Shown here in pieces: positions 12,689 to 24,324 of a DNA stretch of 64,000 nt. How positions within the stretch are numbered: the stretch's first letter is position 1; each line of letters opens with the position of its first letter. The notes under the pieces were generated by a model that was given only the letters and a program-made list of their open reading frames with translations, made no database searches and was not told where the DNA came from. Source of the stretch: Lama guanicoe (Eukaryota); contig MU054220.1 of assembly GCA_013239625.1 (NCBI GenBank), positions 1,355,509-1,419,508 of the forward strand, read 5' to 3'. The position numbers and the translations under genes are program-made.

Positions 12689-12817
12689 AAAGCTCTATGT
12701 TGAAGATGAAGCCATTACTTAGAAGGAAAACCTAATAGGTTTGGTTTAAACCATGGTGGCTTTTGGAAAACCAAATAAGGAATCAAACAACTGATAGGAG
12801 AGACATTTAAATTTTAA

Positions 12818-14065
12818 TATTGTATTCCATCAAACTTATGATAGCTTTTAAAAAATATTTTTACATCTCTGAAATAAGGTCATGTGTTGTCATCGATGGC
12901 ATCTCACATAGTTTGTGGCCAGGAGATAGTCGTGATGTAGTTGCCACTGATGGCATGTGCACAAACTTGGTCATAGCTCCCCATCTTGTCCTTGTGTCCC
13001 TTGAGCTTTGGACACCGTTAGCACCACGGGCGTTGGTTTAATCGCCACTTACAATGTCTTCAGAAAAGATTCCATGCTGGTTTGGCACTGAAATGAAAAG
13101 TTATTGTGGACTAAAAAGGCAAAGAAACAGAGCTTAACATATGATAAAAATCTATGTCTAAATTCAAAGAGTTGTTTCCATATGCATAAAATGAAAATTC
13201 TATATGATAGGAAAGCTTTGTGTCATGGTTTTTAAAAAATGCATCAGTAAATAAATGCTGGAGAGGGTGTGGAGAAAAGGGAACCCTCCTACACTATTAG
13301 TGGGAATGCAGTTTGGCACAGCCATTGTGGAAAACAGTATGGAGATTCCTCAAAAGACTTAAAAATAGACTTATCAAATGACCTAGCAATCCCACTCCTG
13401 GGCATATATCCAGAGGGAACACTAATGCAAAAAGACACCTATACCCCAATGTTCAGAGCAGCACTATTTACAATAGCCAAGACATGGAAACAACCTAAAT
13501 GTCCATCAACAGATGACTGGATAAAGAATTTGTGGTATGTTTATACAATGGAATACTACTCAGCCATAAAAATGATAAAAGAATGCCATTTGCAGCAACA
13601 TGGTTGGCCCTGGAGATTGTCATTCTAAGTGAAGTAAGCCAGAAAGGGAAAGAAAAATACCATATGACATCACTCATATGTGGAATGTATTTAAAAAAAG
13701 ACAAATGAACTTATATATAAAACAGAAACAGACTCACAGACATAGAATACAGACTTGTGGTTGCCATGGGGGGCAGGGGTGAGAAGGAATAAACTGAGAG
13801 TTGGAGATTTGCAGATACTGACAGGTGTATATAAAACAGATAAACAAGTTCATACTGTACAGCACAGTATTCAATATCTTGTAGTAGCTCATGGTGAAAA
13901 AGAATATAAAAATGAATATATGCGTATTCATGTATGACTGAAGGATTGTGCTGTACACCAGAAATTGACACAACATTGTAAACTGACTATACCTCAATAA
14001 AAAAAAAATGCGTCAGTAATGGTGTGGTTTACAATTGATGGGTGCCTTAGATCTGATGACATTGT
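12818..14065. mobile_element. TcMar-Tigger-like DNA element (Tigger13-like), split by a young L1
   Basis: Degenerate TIR-like ends ATTGTATTCCATCAAAC and TTACAATTGATGGGTGCCTTAGATCTGATG; internal ATCGATGGCATC. Confidence 0.55.
13251..14002 (+). mobile_element. Young L1, 5'-truncated (ORF2 C-terminus + 3' UTR + poly A)
   Basis: ORF 13269-13628 reads AIPLLGIYP...ALFTIAKTWKQPKCPSTDDWIK..WYVYTMEYYSAIK (L1 ORF2p C-term); 17-bp TSD AAAAAATGC(A/G)TCAGTAA 13234-13250 / 14003-14019 at a TT/AAAA site. Confidence 0.97.
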
Positions 14066-14124
14066 CAATACATCCAAACATCAGTGATTTTAACCAAGGA
14101 AGAGATCCAGTGTAAATAATAACG

Positions 14125-14980
14125 ATAATATATTCACTTGCACTTGCCAAGAGTCAAACACGTGCCAAGAAGCTCTGTGCTTTACTCACACTGTCTCATT
14201 TCATCATCGTAAGAACCCTGTGAGGTGGTTACTCTTATACATGATTGCAAATCGTTCTAAGTGCTGGATAGGACAGCAACAGGGTGCTCTGAGGAGGAAC
14301 ATAGTTCAGACTGGGAGAGGGGGAGGAAGCAGAGAGACCTGAAAGATAAGAGTAGGTAGCATTTATTGAGTATTTACCATGTCCCAGGTATGACTCAAAG
14401 TTTATTGTGTTCACCACCTCAGTTTTCACAAAAAGCCCAAGAGTGTTATTATCAGCTCCATCTTACAGCAGAGGAAATCAAGACAGGGACAGAGAAATTA
14501 AGTGACTTGCTCATAACAACTCAGCTAATGAGTAATAAGCCTTGGATTTGAACCAGAGAAGTGAAACTCCAGAGCCTGAGCAGCTTACCACTGCCGTGTC
14601 CTCCCCAGTGGTTGAAAAGAGTGTGTCTCCATTTTACCAATAAGAGCAAGCCCTCAGGGAACTGGTTACACATACAAGCTCCAGAGTCAGGCTCCCTGAG
14701 TTCAAAGCCAGGCTCTACAACTGACCAGCAGGGAATTTGACCTTCCCAAGTCTCAGCTTCTTCATTTGATGTGAAGATTAAATGAGTTAAGACACATATA
14801 GTGCTTAGATCAGAACCCGAATGTAGTAAGCCCCCCGAACGGTAGATAATAGTATCTTTAGACAACACTCCCAGTAACTCAAAGGAAACTTGAGACTCGG
14901 GGAGGTTTATCGATTTGTCAAAACCTACCCATTTCAAGAATGGAATCAGGATTCGAACCTCAGTGTCTTCACTCAGAAGC
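14125..14980. mobile_element. Cluster of four MIR fragments (~14125-14235, 14350-14595, 14660-14850, 14885-14980)
   Basis: CATTTATTGAGTATTTACCATGT..., TCTCAGCTTCTTCATTTG..., GGATTCGAACC motifs. Confidence 0.7.
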
Positions 14981-15109
14981 CCTTGCAGCACTGGGTGAAA
15001 GGATAGGTTACTACTCCCCTGGACAAGGATGGGAGAACCCTTGACAGCACACATACGGTTAAGGCATTGCCACCTGCTTTGTGGCATTTCACCATCTAAT
15101 GTTGTTTAG

Positions 15110-15385
15110 ATCCACAGACATAGAAAACAAACTGGTAGTTACCAAAGAGGAAAGGCAGGGGGGTGGGATAAATTAGAAGTTTGGGATTAGCAGATACAAA
15201 CTACTATACATAAAATAGATAAACAACAAGGTCCTATTGGCTAGCACAGGGAACTACATTCAATATCTTGTAACAATCTATAATGAAAAAGCGTATGAAA
15301 AAGTGTATGTATAGGGGAATCACTATGCTGTATACCAGAAACTAACGCAACATTGTAAATCAACTAAACTTCAATTTGAAAAGAA
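15110..15385 (+). mobile_element. Young L1 3' UTR fragment
   Basis: CACAGACATAGAAAACAAAC...AGCACAGGGAACTAC...CATTGTAAATCAACT. Confidence 0.9.
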
Positions 15386-15749
15386 GAAGCCATTGCATTA
15401 CCCCATGCAGATGCCTATTAAAGACGATTCAGTGGCTTAGATCTTCATTCCTGAAGGTTTCCAGGAAAGGAGATTCTACTAACTTCCAGTGTGACATCTC
15501 ATCTTAACATCCCAAATCCCACTCAATAGAAAGGCTCTATCATGGCCAATCTGGATTTCATCTGTTTTATTTTAAGGTCAATTTCCTCTTTGGGAAGGAG
15601 AGACAATGGAGGCTTCGCCAGTCCATTTCTTTCTTTTATATGTTTCATTGGTACTTCACATTTCCTCACTGATGGAGAGAAGGCAGGGAACGTTTAGAGC
15701 CTGGCACCAAGTAGGTGCTCGACTGAAGAATGTGTGGCGTGCAGAACAG

Positions 15750-16240
15750 CTTGGTGGTGTCAGAGGCGGTGGAGGAGGGGGGCGAGAAATGGATGAAGGA
15801 GGTCAAAAGGTACAAACTTCTAGTCACACAATAAATAAGTCATGGGAGGGACTGTGCAGCATGTTGACTATAATTAATAGTACTATTGTGTATTTGAAAG
15901 TTTCTAAGAGAATAGATCTTAAAAGTTCTCATCACAGGGGAGGGTATAGCTCAGCAGTAGAGTGCCTGCTTAGCATGCATGAGGTCTTGGGTTCAATCCT
16001 CAGAATCTCCATTAAAAAACAAATAAATAAACCTAATTACCTCCCCCTCTCCACCAAAAATAAGTAAATAAAATAAATCTTGAAGTTCTCATCAAAAGAA
16101 AAAAAAAGATTTGTGACTATGGGTGATGATGGATGTGAATCAGACTTATTGTGGTGATCATTCCACAATATGTACGAACATCAAATCATTATATACACCT
16201 GAAATGAATGCTATATGTCAAATACATCTCAGTTAATAAT
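15750..16240 (+). mobile_element. L1MA9-like 3' end interrupted by a SINE
   Basis: GGTCAAAAGGTACAAACTTC...GATCTTAAAAGTTCTCATCAC...TTGTGGTGATCATT. Confidence 0.85.
15937..16080 (+). mobile_element. Camelid-type tRNA-Ala SINE
   Basis: GGGGAGGGTATAGCTCAG...AACCTAATTACCTCCCC; TSD AAGTTCTCATCA 15923-15934 / 16083-16094. Confidence 0.95.
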
Positions 16241-16541
16241 AGTAGGAAGAAGAAAAGCAAAAGAATGTGTTTCACGAATGAACAATGAGTGAGAAAGCAG
16301 CTGAATGATCTCAAAGGCCCCTCACAAATCAGACAGACTCTATGCACCTCACTCCTGTCCACCCAGCCCACTTTTCTTTGACTCCCATTTCTTAACTCCA
16401 CTGTTTCTCAAACAAGGGCGTCGCAAGGGCATTCTGAGGATGCTGTGGAGTTGAGGTGGCCTTGGTATGGGGTGACACCCTGAGTTTCCTCATTCCTCAC
16501 TCCCTTGGGCCAGTTTTTGACCAGAGGGTAGAAATGGAGAT

Positions 16542-16544
<3 letters not shown>

Positions 16545-16572
<28 letters not shown>
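16545..16572 (+). repeat. (TG)n microsatellite
   Basis: Direct read. Confidence 0.95.
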
Positions 16573-16575
<3 letters not shown>

Positions 16576-16724
16576 GGGAGGGGGTGCTGAGGTTGAGGAT
16601 GGGCAGGTGGATGACATGTGACTTACATGTCCTTACATGCCCTTACACACATCCTAACAGCCTGTCAAGGTCACAAGTGTTACAGACAGAGGAAGGCTGG
16701 GAGCCCTGCTGAATATTCACCGTC

Positions 16725-17345
16725 AAGATAGGACACCTGGGCCTAGGTTCCGAATAACAGAACCATCTGAATAAGCATAAAGAAAAAAGAAAGGCATGTA
16801 TTGTTCATGTAACTTGGAATTCCAGGGGTGGTGCTGGTTTCAGGTGTGAATCTAGACATTTAAACGAGACTTCAACTTTCCTCTCTTTCTCTCTCTCCCT
16901 GTTCTGGTGCTTTTCTGTGTTTGATGGTACTCTCTCCTCAGAAGGCAGGCTTTCTCCACATGATGGCTACTGACAATCCTCATCTGACATCCTTCCAGCT
17001 ACAGAGAGCTCCCGCCATTATGACTGTGTTTAAGCTGAGAGCAGTGGGAAGGACTTGTCAGGGGGAGAAAGCTGGAATTGTTCCCTTTTGTCAAAAAGTC
17101 AAAAGCTTTCCCAGAAGCCCTAGAGCAGACTTCCTCTCAGGTCTTATTGGCAAAAACTGAATCACATGGGTACCCCTAGCTGCAAGGGAGTCTAGGAAAG
17201 TGGGAAACAGGGATGCTGTTGGCTTAGATGTATCATGATCCATTGTCTGGGGCTAGCTACGTGGTCGCCCTGAACAAAACTGGGATTTCTTAAGCCAGGA
17301 AGGAAGAAGACTAGATTGGGTAGGTAATTAATGGTGTCTACCACA
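16725..17345 (-). mobile_element. ERVL-MaLR LTR (MLT1K-like)
   Basis: TCACATGGGTACCCCTAGCTGCAAGGGAG; terminal GTGTCTACCACA. Confidence 0.75.
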
Positions 17346-17849
17346 AGAAGGTGTCATGAGGCAACCTGGCCCGATCACGTAAGAAACATAGGGAGGAGAA
17401 GCTTTGTAAAAGAAGTAGAAACCTAGATAGACAGAAACAACTTATGTGCACATTAGAATTGGGGAGCAAGGAGGTGCAGGCCAGGAAAAGAGGTGAATCA
17501 AGGGAGGTGGGCATGGCCCCAGTGGAGAGGACCAGCCAACTGTGGACAGCAACTGTCAGGACATTTCCTGGAACATATGATTCTCACCAATAGATATTCT
17601 GCAGCAGATGTTCAACAAATACAAAGGATGCTTAGTGAGCAAGGAGCAATTTAGAGATCTCACTATGCAGAGAGTCTGAGTTCTTTCCATTGTGTTTGTT
17701 CAGTCCCCACTGTTCATGCTCCAAGGTGAACCCAAACCAAAGCAACAAAGAAGTGATACCACTGGGGCACCAAGGAGAAACATGCTAGAACATCTTCAGT
17801 GATTTCCTATCACCATGAACTCAATCCAAACTTTACAGTGTGGGATAAG

Positions 17850-18428
17850 CAAGTTATATTTATAGAATGGAATACTACTCAGCCATAAAAGAGAATAAAA
17901 TAATGCTATTTGCGGCAACAGGGATGGACCTAAAGATCGTCATTCTAAGTGAAGTAAGCCAGAAAGAGAAAGAAAAATGTCATATGATATCACTCATATG
18001 TGGAGTCCAAAAAAAAAAAAAGACACAAATGAACTTATCTACAAAACAGAAACAGACTCACAGACATAGAAAACAAATTTATGGTTACCAGAGGGGACAA
18101 AGTGTTGGGAAGGGATAAATCTGAGAGTTTGAGATTGGCAAATGTTAGCCACTGTATATAAAAATGGGTTTAAAAAAAAGTTTCTTCTGTATAGCACAAG
18201 GAACTATGTTCAATATCTTATACTAACCTATAATGAAAAAGAATATGAAAAGGAATATATACACACACACACACACACACACGACTGAAACATTATGGTG
18301 AACACCAGAAATTGACACAACATTGTAACCTGACTATACTACAATAAAAATAAAATTAAAATAGACAAAAACACTATAGTAAAAAGAAAAAGAAAAAAAG
18401 ACAAAAAAAAACCAATAAAAAGGAAAAA
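17850..18428 (+). mobile_element. Young L1 3' end with internal (CA)n, inside an L2 remnant
   Basis: MEYYSAIK ORF2 C-terminal peptide, 3' UTR, A-rich tail. Confidence 0.93.
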
Positions 18429-18539
18429 AATCCCTTCACAGTCTGATCCCACTGTCCTCTCCAGCTTCGCCTCTCACTCTGCTCCTCCTCCGTCCTTCTG
18501 CTCCAGCTCCTCCCTAAATCCAGTCTGCACTTTCTGATG

Positions 18540-18700
18540 CTAGGTGTGACCTCTCTGAGTCTGTTTCCTTTTCTGTAAAATGGAAAGCTACTCCGTCATC
18601 AGGTGTTGTGAGAATTTGAAAATGAGATAAACCACGTGAAATGCACAGAATCCTGCCTGGCACACAGTTTAAGTGCCGAATACCGGCCAGCTGTCCTCAG
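18540..18700 (+). mobile_element. MIR SINE
   Basis: CTCTCTGAGTCTGTTTCC..CTGTAAAATGG..GCCTGGCACACAGT. Confidence 0.75.
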
Positions 18701-19194
18701 TCATCAGTCCCTGTTTTGAAATCTTAACAAACTTGATGTACACATTATTGTACTTAGGCATCACCTCCTTGCTGTATTCCTCAATGAGTATGTCAAGACA
18801 GTGAGCCTCTCGAAGCCCAGGGCAATGTGCATGGCTACCCTCTGCTTCTCGTTCTTTGCAGTGCTGTGGCCAGGACACAGCTGTTCTCGAAGAGTTCCCC
18901 CAAGATGAAGGCAGCCAGCCTGACAAGGGATGGAGAGTATCCGTCCAGGACATGTCGAAGAAGGCAGGGCGAAGGTGGGCAGAAAGTCAACCTCCAGGGC
19001 TGTGGGGCCGCACAAGGAAATGGAGCCCACCCACAATTCCACCACGGAGCTCTTAGGAAACTCAGACGAATTTGTTCACCAAGAGCGTGTGGTTAGGGCC
19101 TGCAGCCAGGCATCTCCCCTCAAAAGGCAGGAACCTGCCAGCATGAGGAGGTGAGGCCTGAGTACCACTCGCCTCCCTTCACGGCCCATCAGCA

Positions 19195-19229
19195 GTGACT
19201 CAGCAGGAAGCCAGCCAAGGTCTGAGTCA
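19195..19229. promoter_or_regulatory. Candidate enhancer motif cluster: ARE/MARE + ETS + AP-1
   Basis: GTGACTCAGCA 19195-19205, CAGGAAG 19204-19210, TGAGTCA 19223-19229 in non-repeat DNA. Confidence 0.4.
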
Positions 19230-19369
19230 CTCTCTCCCCTACCACCACGCCCAGGGTTTTCCTCCAGGGCCTTGGAAGGCTGCTAATAGCTGGAGGTGTA
19301 AATCTTTGGTACCTGGGTCTACCCAGGCCGACGAAATAAATCTTTCTTTAACATAGCTTCATATTTGAA

Positions 19370-19935
19370 AGCATAAGCTCTGGAGTTAGACTGGTTTGGT
19401 GAGAAGCCTGGTTCTGCCTCTGATTTAACATGCAGCAAGTTTCTTAGACTCTCTGGCAACAGTCTGCCCATCTGTAAATAGGAACAATAACAGAACCTCC
19501 CTCCTAGAAGTAAAAGAGCTTCGAACAGTATGTTGAGAGGGCTCCTCTAACACACCAGGCCTGGTCCCACCTCAGGGCCTTTGCACTTGCTACTTTCGCT
19601 GCTGAGAATGTTTTTGTCCCAGGTGGACAGCTCCCTCACTTAATTGAGGTCTTTACTAAATATTCATTTTCTCAGTGAAGCCTGTGATGGCCACCCTATC
19701 TAATGCCTCCTCCTCCAATACTTCTTACTTTGTTTCCCACTTTTTCTCCTTAGTACTGATCACCATTTAATACACTGTCTATTTCCATCATGTATCTCCT
19801 CTTTTGTCTGCCTCCCTCCACCCACACTGGAATTCAAGTTCCATTTTTTTTCTGATTTCTTCACTGTTGTATTCCCAAGACCTAGAAAACTGCTGACACA
19901 TAGCAGGTCTCAAGAAACATGTGGAATGAATGGAA
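19370..19935 (+). mobile_element. MIR (~19370-19540) followed by L2 3' end (~19550-19935)
   Basis: CATCTGTAAATAGG; CTCAGGGCCTTTGCACTTGCT...GGAATGAATG. Confidence 0.8.
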
Positions 19936-20013
19936 ATGAAGGTCAGCTTATTCACCATTATGTATCACCAATCATTATTGTCATCAATAAAGATCACTAG
20001 TAAATCATCATTA

Positions 20014-20558
20014 CTAGCCAAGACATGGAAACAACCTAAACGTCCATTGACAGATGACTGCATAAAGAAGTTGTGGTATATGTATACAATGGAATACTAC
20101 TCAGCAATAAAAGAGAATAAAATAATGCATTTGCATCAACATGGATGGACCTGGAGATCATCATTCTAAGTGAAGTAAGCCAGAAAGAGAAAGACAAATA
20201 CCATACAATATCACTCATATGTGGAATATTTTAAAAAGACACAAATGAACTTATTTACAAAACAGAAAAGTGACTCACAGACAGAAAACAAACTTATGGT
20301 TACCAGGGAGGGAAGGGGGTGGGAAGGGATAAATTGGGAGTTCAAGATTTGCAGATACTAACTACTATATATAAAATAGATAAACAACAAGTTTATACTG
20401 TATAGCACAGGGAACTAAATTCAATATCTTGTAGTAATCCATAATGAAAAAGAATATGACTGAAACCTTATGCTGAACACCAGAAATTGACACAACACTG
20501 TAAACTGACTAACTTCAATTTTTCTTTTAAACGTTAAGATTTTAAAAAATCATTAAAA
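20014..20558 (+). mobile_element. Young L1 3' end
   Basis: AKTWKQPK...MEYYSAIK peptide and 3' UTR; TSD AAATCA(T/C)CATTA 20002-20013 / 20559-20570. Confidence 0.93.
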
Positions 20559-20692
20559 AAATCACCATTATTATCCCACTGCAGTGAGAATCAGAGAACT
20601 ATTCAAAGTTTAACACCACACGAGATGCTGCAAATCTGCTTTGGTTCATTTATACTTGACTAAATAGACTCTCAGCTTGGAGACAACTTCTG

Positions 20693-20890
20693 TTAGGGTA
20701 GAAAACTCCGTTAGCCACAGGACTGGGCAGACGGCCGGCCGGTAGTGTAAATACATGAATCAGACGGGGCCAGGAAGGAGTGGTGAGAACCCAGGAAGCT
20801 GGGATTGCAACCCCCACCTAAAGGCATTTAAATTCAAATTAAAAAGTAATCTCTACTAACTGAACACATCTCTAAGCTGCCATTTCCCTG
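20693..20890. mobile_element. hAT-Charlie MITE-like fragment (MER103/Charlie18-like)
   Basis: GTAAATACATGAATC..GGGCCAGG..CCTAAAGGCATTTAAATTCAAATT resembles these families. Confidence 0.45.
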
Positions 20891-21411
20891 ATTCCAGACT
20901 CTGACTGTAGATTTATCTTCTCACCCATTTGATCTCCCTCGTTGTAAAATATCCAAATATTGACGTTGACCCAGATCTCTGCGTTCTCCCACCACCCCGA
21001 CCTCAAGATCTCAGGAGGGCTTCACGGGTCCCAAAGTCAGCTCCAATCTCAGCTGCCCTTTTGGGGGCTGCTTTGCAGCCCTTTTAACGCTCCCAAATTT
21101 CAGCTGGGGGCAACTCACCAGTAACTCCCCAAAGCCTAGCAGAGCTCGAGCGAATGAATGAAGGGGTGTCTGGGTGGTTTGGAGCAGTCACAGTATCTTC
21201 CTAGTCTCCATTACTCAATCTTCAAAAACCTCCCAGGAAGGCACCTAATGTCCAGTTGGAATCTCTCTTCAGGAAGACTATTTCTCCCCAGCTCTCAAAG
21301 GATAAAGGGCAGTTAAAAAGATGCAGATTCACATCATTAAAGAGAACTCAATGCACTCCTCTCCATCTGTGGAGAGACTGGGGTGACCCCACCCTCCTCC
21401 CCAAGGACAAT

Positions 21412-21658
21412 GGGCGGAGACTTGCCTCATGTTTGTATAAAGGCTCATCCTGGTGAATTTCCCAAACAAAGAGAGACAGCTCCAAAAGTATGGAGCCTTT
21501 ACTCCTAGAAACGGAAATTGCCAGAGCCCTCCCTCCCTCCCCATCTCCCCCTACCCTGTCCCCTCCCTAAATCCTGACCCCGAGGGCATTTTCTCATTCA
21601 AAAAGAAGAAAGAGTTAAGCCCCCCACACACATACACCCGCACACACCCAGCGTAAGT
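21412..21658 (+). promoter_or_regulatory. Candidate TATA promoter and first exon
   Basis: GGGCGG 21412, TATAAA 21436, kB-like GGTGAATTTCCC 21452 and GGAAATTGCC 21513, donor GTAAGT 21653. Confidence 0.3.
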
Positions 21659-21659
21659 T

Positions 21660-21800
21660 GGGGAAATGGAGCTTAGACTGGAGTTCTAATCTTCACTGTC
21701 TATGTGACCTTGAAGTTCCCTGAGGCTTTGCCTTCTCATCTGTGAACTGAGAAGAAAAATCAAGTGACCTGACTGGGTCCTGGGAAGATGACATGTGAGC
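21660..21800 (+). mobile_element. MIR fragment
   Basis: GTTCTAATC..TATGTGACCTTG..CTCATCTGTGAA. Confidence 0.6.
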
Positions 21801-22419
21801 CCACCTCCTCCAGATTTAGACTCCCCACCCCCCAAGCCTGGCCCACATTCCTCTCAGTAGGAGTCTCTCCCCCCCACACACACACACACCAGCTCCCCAG
21901 CCCAGCCCCTGAGATGCAGACTCATTAAATGTTAGCTATTGCTATTATTATTGCTATTTAGATTCACTCCGTGAGCGGGAATGGGGAGCCAGGACACCCA
22001 GCCCACAGTCTGCTGGCAGTGCCCACCTCCACCCTACCTCTCAAAGCAAAGCACTTTGAAGAGCAAATCCATCGTGACAGGTGCCAGTCTATGCAGCAGA
22101 TGAGAGCAGCACCACTTCAGTATCGACTGAGCACCTTCTGCCCACTGGCTCAGATTTGCTGTTACTAACCCCAGACCTCCACACATCCCAGCCATCGCCC
22201 GCAGAAGTCATTTTGATAGAAGCCTTCAAAGATCACTGCTCTGTAGGCCTGACAGTTCTTCCTCTTTCTCTTTGTCATTGACACCACAGCCCTTGATTGA
22301 CAGCTAAGCCTTAAGGGCCTCAGAGGGCAGTGCAGAGATGTAGAAGTCCCCAGGCTGCTTACGAATACAAGCTTGATGCTGACCTGCTCTCTAAACCTCA
22401 GGGAAGCAAATTCTCTCTA

Positions 22420-22850
22420 AATCACTGGTTTCTAATCTGCAAAGACAGGAAACCAACATCCATTCATGGCAACCAGGTGTTTAAGCGCATGTTCAGGTTG
22501 TTAATTCATTTGATCTGAAAAATGAAGGAGTCGGACTGTGTAATTCCTGGATCCCTTCTAGGAAAGGTTTCCATAGTGCTTTCAAAACCACTCCAGCTCC
22601 TCGTCCAGGGAAAGGGCTGTGACCTCACAGAGAGCACAGGATATGAAGCCAGGCCGATCTGGGTTTAAATCTCTGGTCTGTCACTTCTCAGCCAGGCTGA
22701 CATTGGGCAAGCCTGAACCTCAGTTTCCTCATCTGCAAAATGGGAGTGATAATATCTCCCTCACAGGGCTGCTTTGAGGATGAAATGAGATGGGTGTGTA
22801 CGAGCCTAGCGCTGCATTTAGGACCCAGGAGGGCTGCCGTGTGAGTTCCT
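22420..22850 (+). mobile_element. MIR3 and MIR fragments
   Basis: GAACCTCAGTTTCCTCATCTGCAAAATGGG...GGATGAAATGAGAT. Confidence 0.8.
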
Positions 22851-23164
22851 GCCTCCTTCCCTAACTACTCAAAGATCTGAGGGTAAGTCTTCATGCAAAT
22901 TATTTATGCTAACTTTTGAAGGCTTTTGTTTGGGTTTGCTTTGTGAGAAGGAAGCAGAAAGTTGCACCTGACTGTCTAAAAGAATGCCGATGACAAAGTT
23001 TCATTTCTGCAGCCTGCACTCCAAGCCAGGGTCGATGGACCGCAGACCCTAGCAAATCAGTCTCCCCCTCTAGGCTCTGCTGCTCAAGAACAAATGTATT
23101 TCATTCAAAATTTTTTAAAATTTTAATTGTGAAAGTTCCCCTTCACCGTGCCAGGTGCAGTCTA

Positions 23165-23460
23165 GAATCTGGGTCACTTTCTGGGAGAGGCCCTCTTTGA
23201 CACCCTCCCCCCCAAGGTGTGATTCCAGGTTCTGTCCCTCCTCTGGCCACTCCCCATTCCCTTTCCTGCTTTGCTTTTCTCTACAGCACTTATCACCGCG
23301 GAGCAAACACACCCACACACACAGCTTACCGGAATGCAAGCACCGGGAGGACCCTGGCTTGTCAGGGCTGTGTTCACTGCGGTGTCTCCTGTGCTGAGAA
23401 CAGGACCTGCATTCGTAGGCTAAATAAAGCTAACCAAAAACTTGTGGAAAGAATGAATCT
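23165..23460 (+). mobile_element. L2a 3' end
   Basis: GTCACTTTCTGGGAGAGGCC...AGCACTTATCACC...GTTCACTGCGGTGTC...GAATGAAT. Confidence 0.8.
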
Positions 23461-24324
23461 GAGCCTGAGCTAAAGCCAAGCTGGCAGGTAGGGCCAGGTA
23501 ATAAAATGTCACGTGAGCCTCTTGACTCACAGTTTGCAAGACCCTTTCACTGCGTTTCTTTGATCTTATGAAGAAGACTGTGTTTCTGCATTTTCTAGGT
23601 GAAGAAACCTAACACAGAGACATGAAGTGTCTTTGGAAAAGAAAGCAGCTCTCCTAGCCTCCTGGCCTCCTGGCCTTGAGCAGGTCCCTTCCCTTCTCTC
23701 ATTTCATGTTTCCTTTTCTATAGAAATGACAAGATGTGGACTGGGTCCCTTCTAGGGCTAAGAAGTTTAAATTCTTAAATCCTATGACCTGACTGTTAAC
23801 CCCTTAAAGACCGACTCAAACATTACCCACGAACCATCACTGCAGACTCAGGATAAGTTGAAACCTCTGTCCATCTGATTCCGTTTCTAGTTTTCTTTCA
23901 GCCCTCACTCCACCAGGGGACATTCCGGCCGGGTCGGCTGAGACACTCAGACAAAAGCACAGAGTCAGTTCTGTATAAGGATGAGTTGTGGAAGTTATTT
24001 TTCTCATATGGTCAAAGCAGGCAATTTATTTAGCTTAAAAAAAATGACTCTGCATTTGCCTGGGTTTGCACTAGTCCCCTAACGGTCCCTCTCCAGGCTC
24101 TCCTCTCCAATCCATCTTACACACTACCTGGAAACTAAATGAACAAGCCTTGCTTTCAGGAAATCAAAAACCTTCAGTGGCTCCCTACTGCGTACAGAAC
24201 ACATTTGGCAGGGGTGAACCTACCCTTTGAGGCCCTCCTTCATCCTGTCCTGATCCTTTCTAACCTACCTCCCCACCCCACTCTGCTTTGTTGCACCAAA
24301 ATTCTCTGCTCCAATCAACTCAGC

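Noticed and set aside
13269..13628. ORF with real protein similarity
   Set aside because: L1 ORF2p C-terminal remnant from a 5'-truncated, frameshifted copy; not a host gene
22315..22334. CTCF-like motif GCCTCAGAGGGCAGTG (also CCACCAGGGGAC near 23910)
   Set aside because: Mismatches at core consensus positions; cannot be supported without a matrix score or ChIP data
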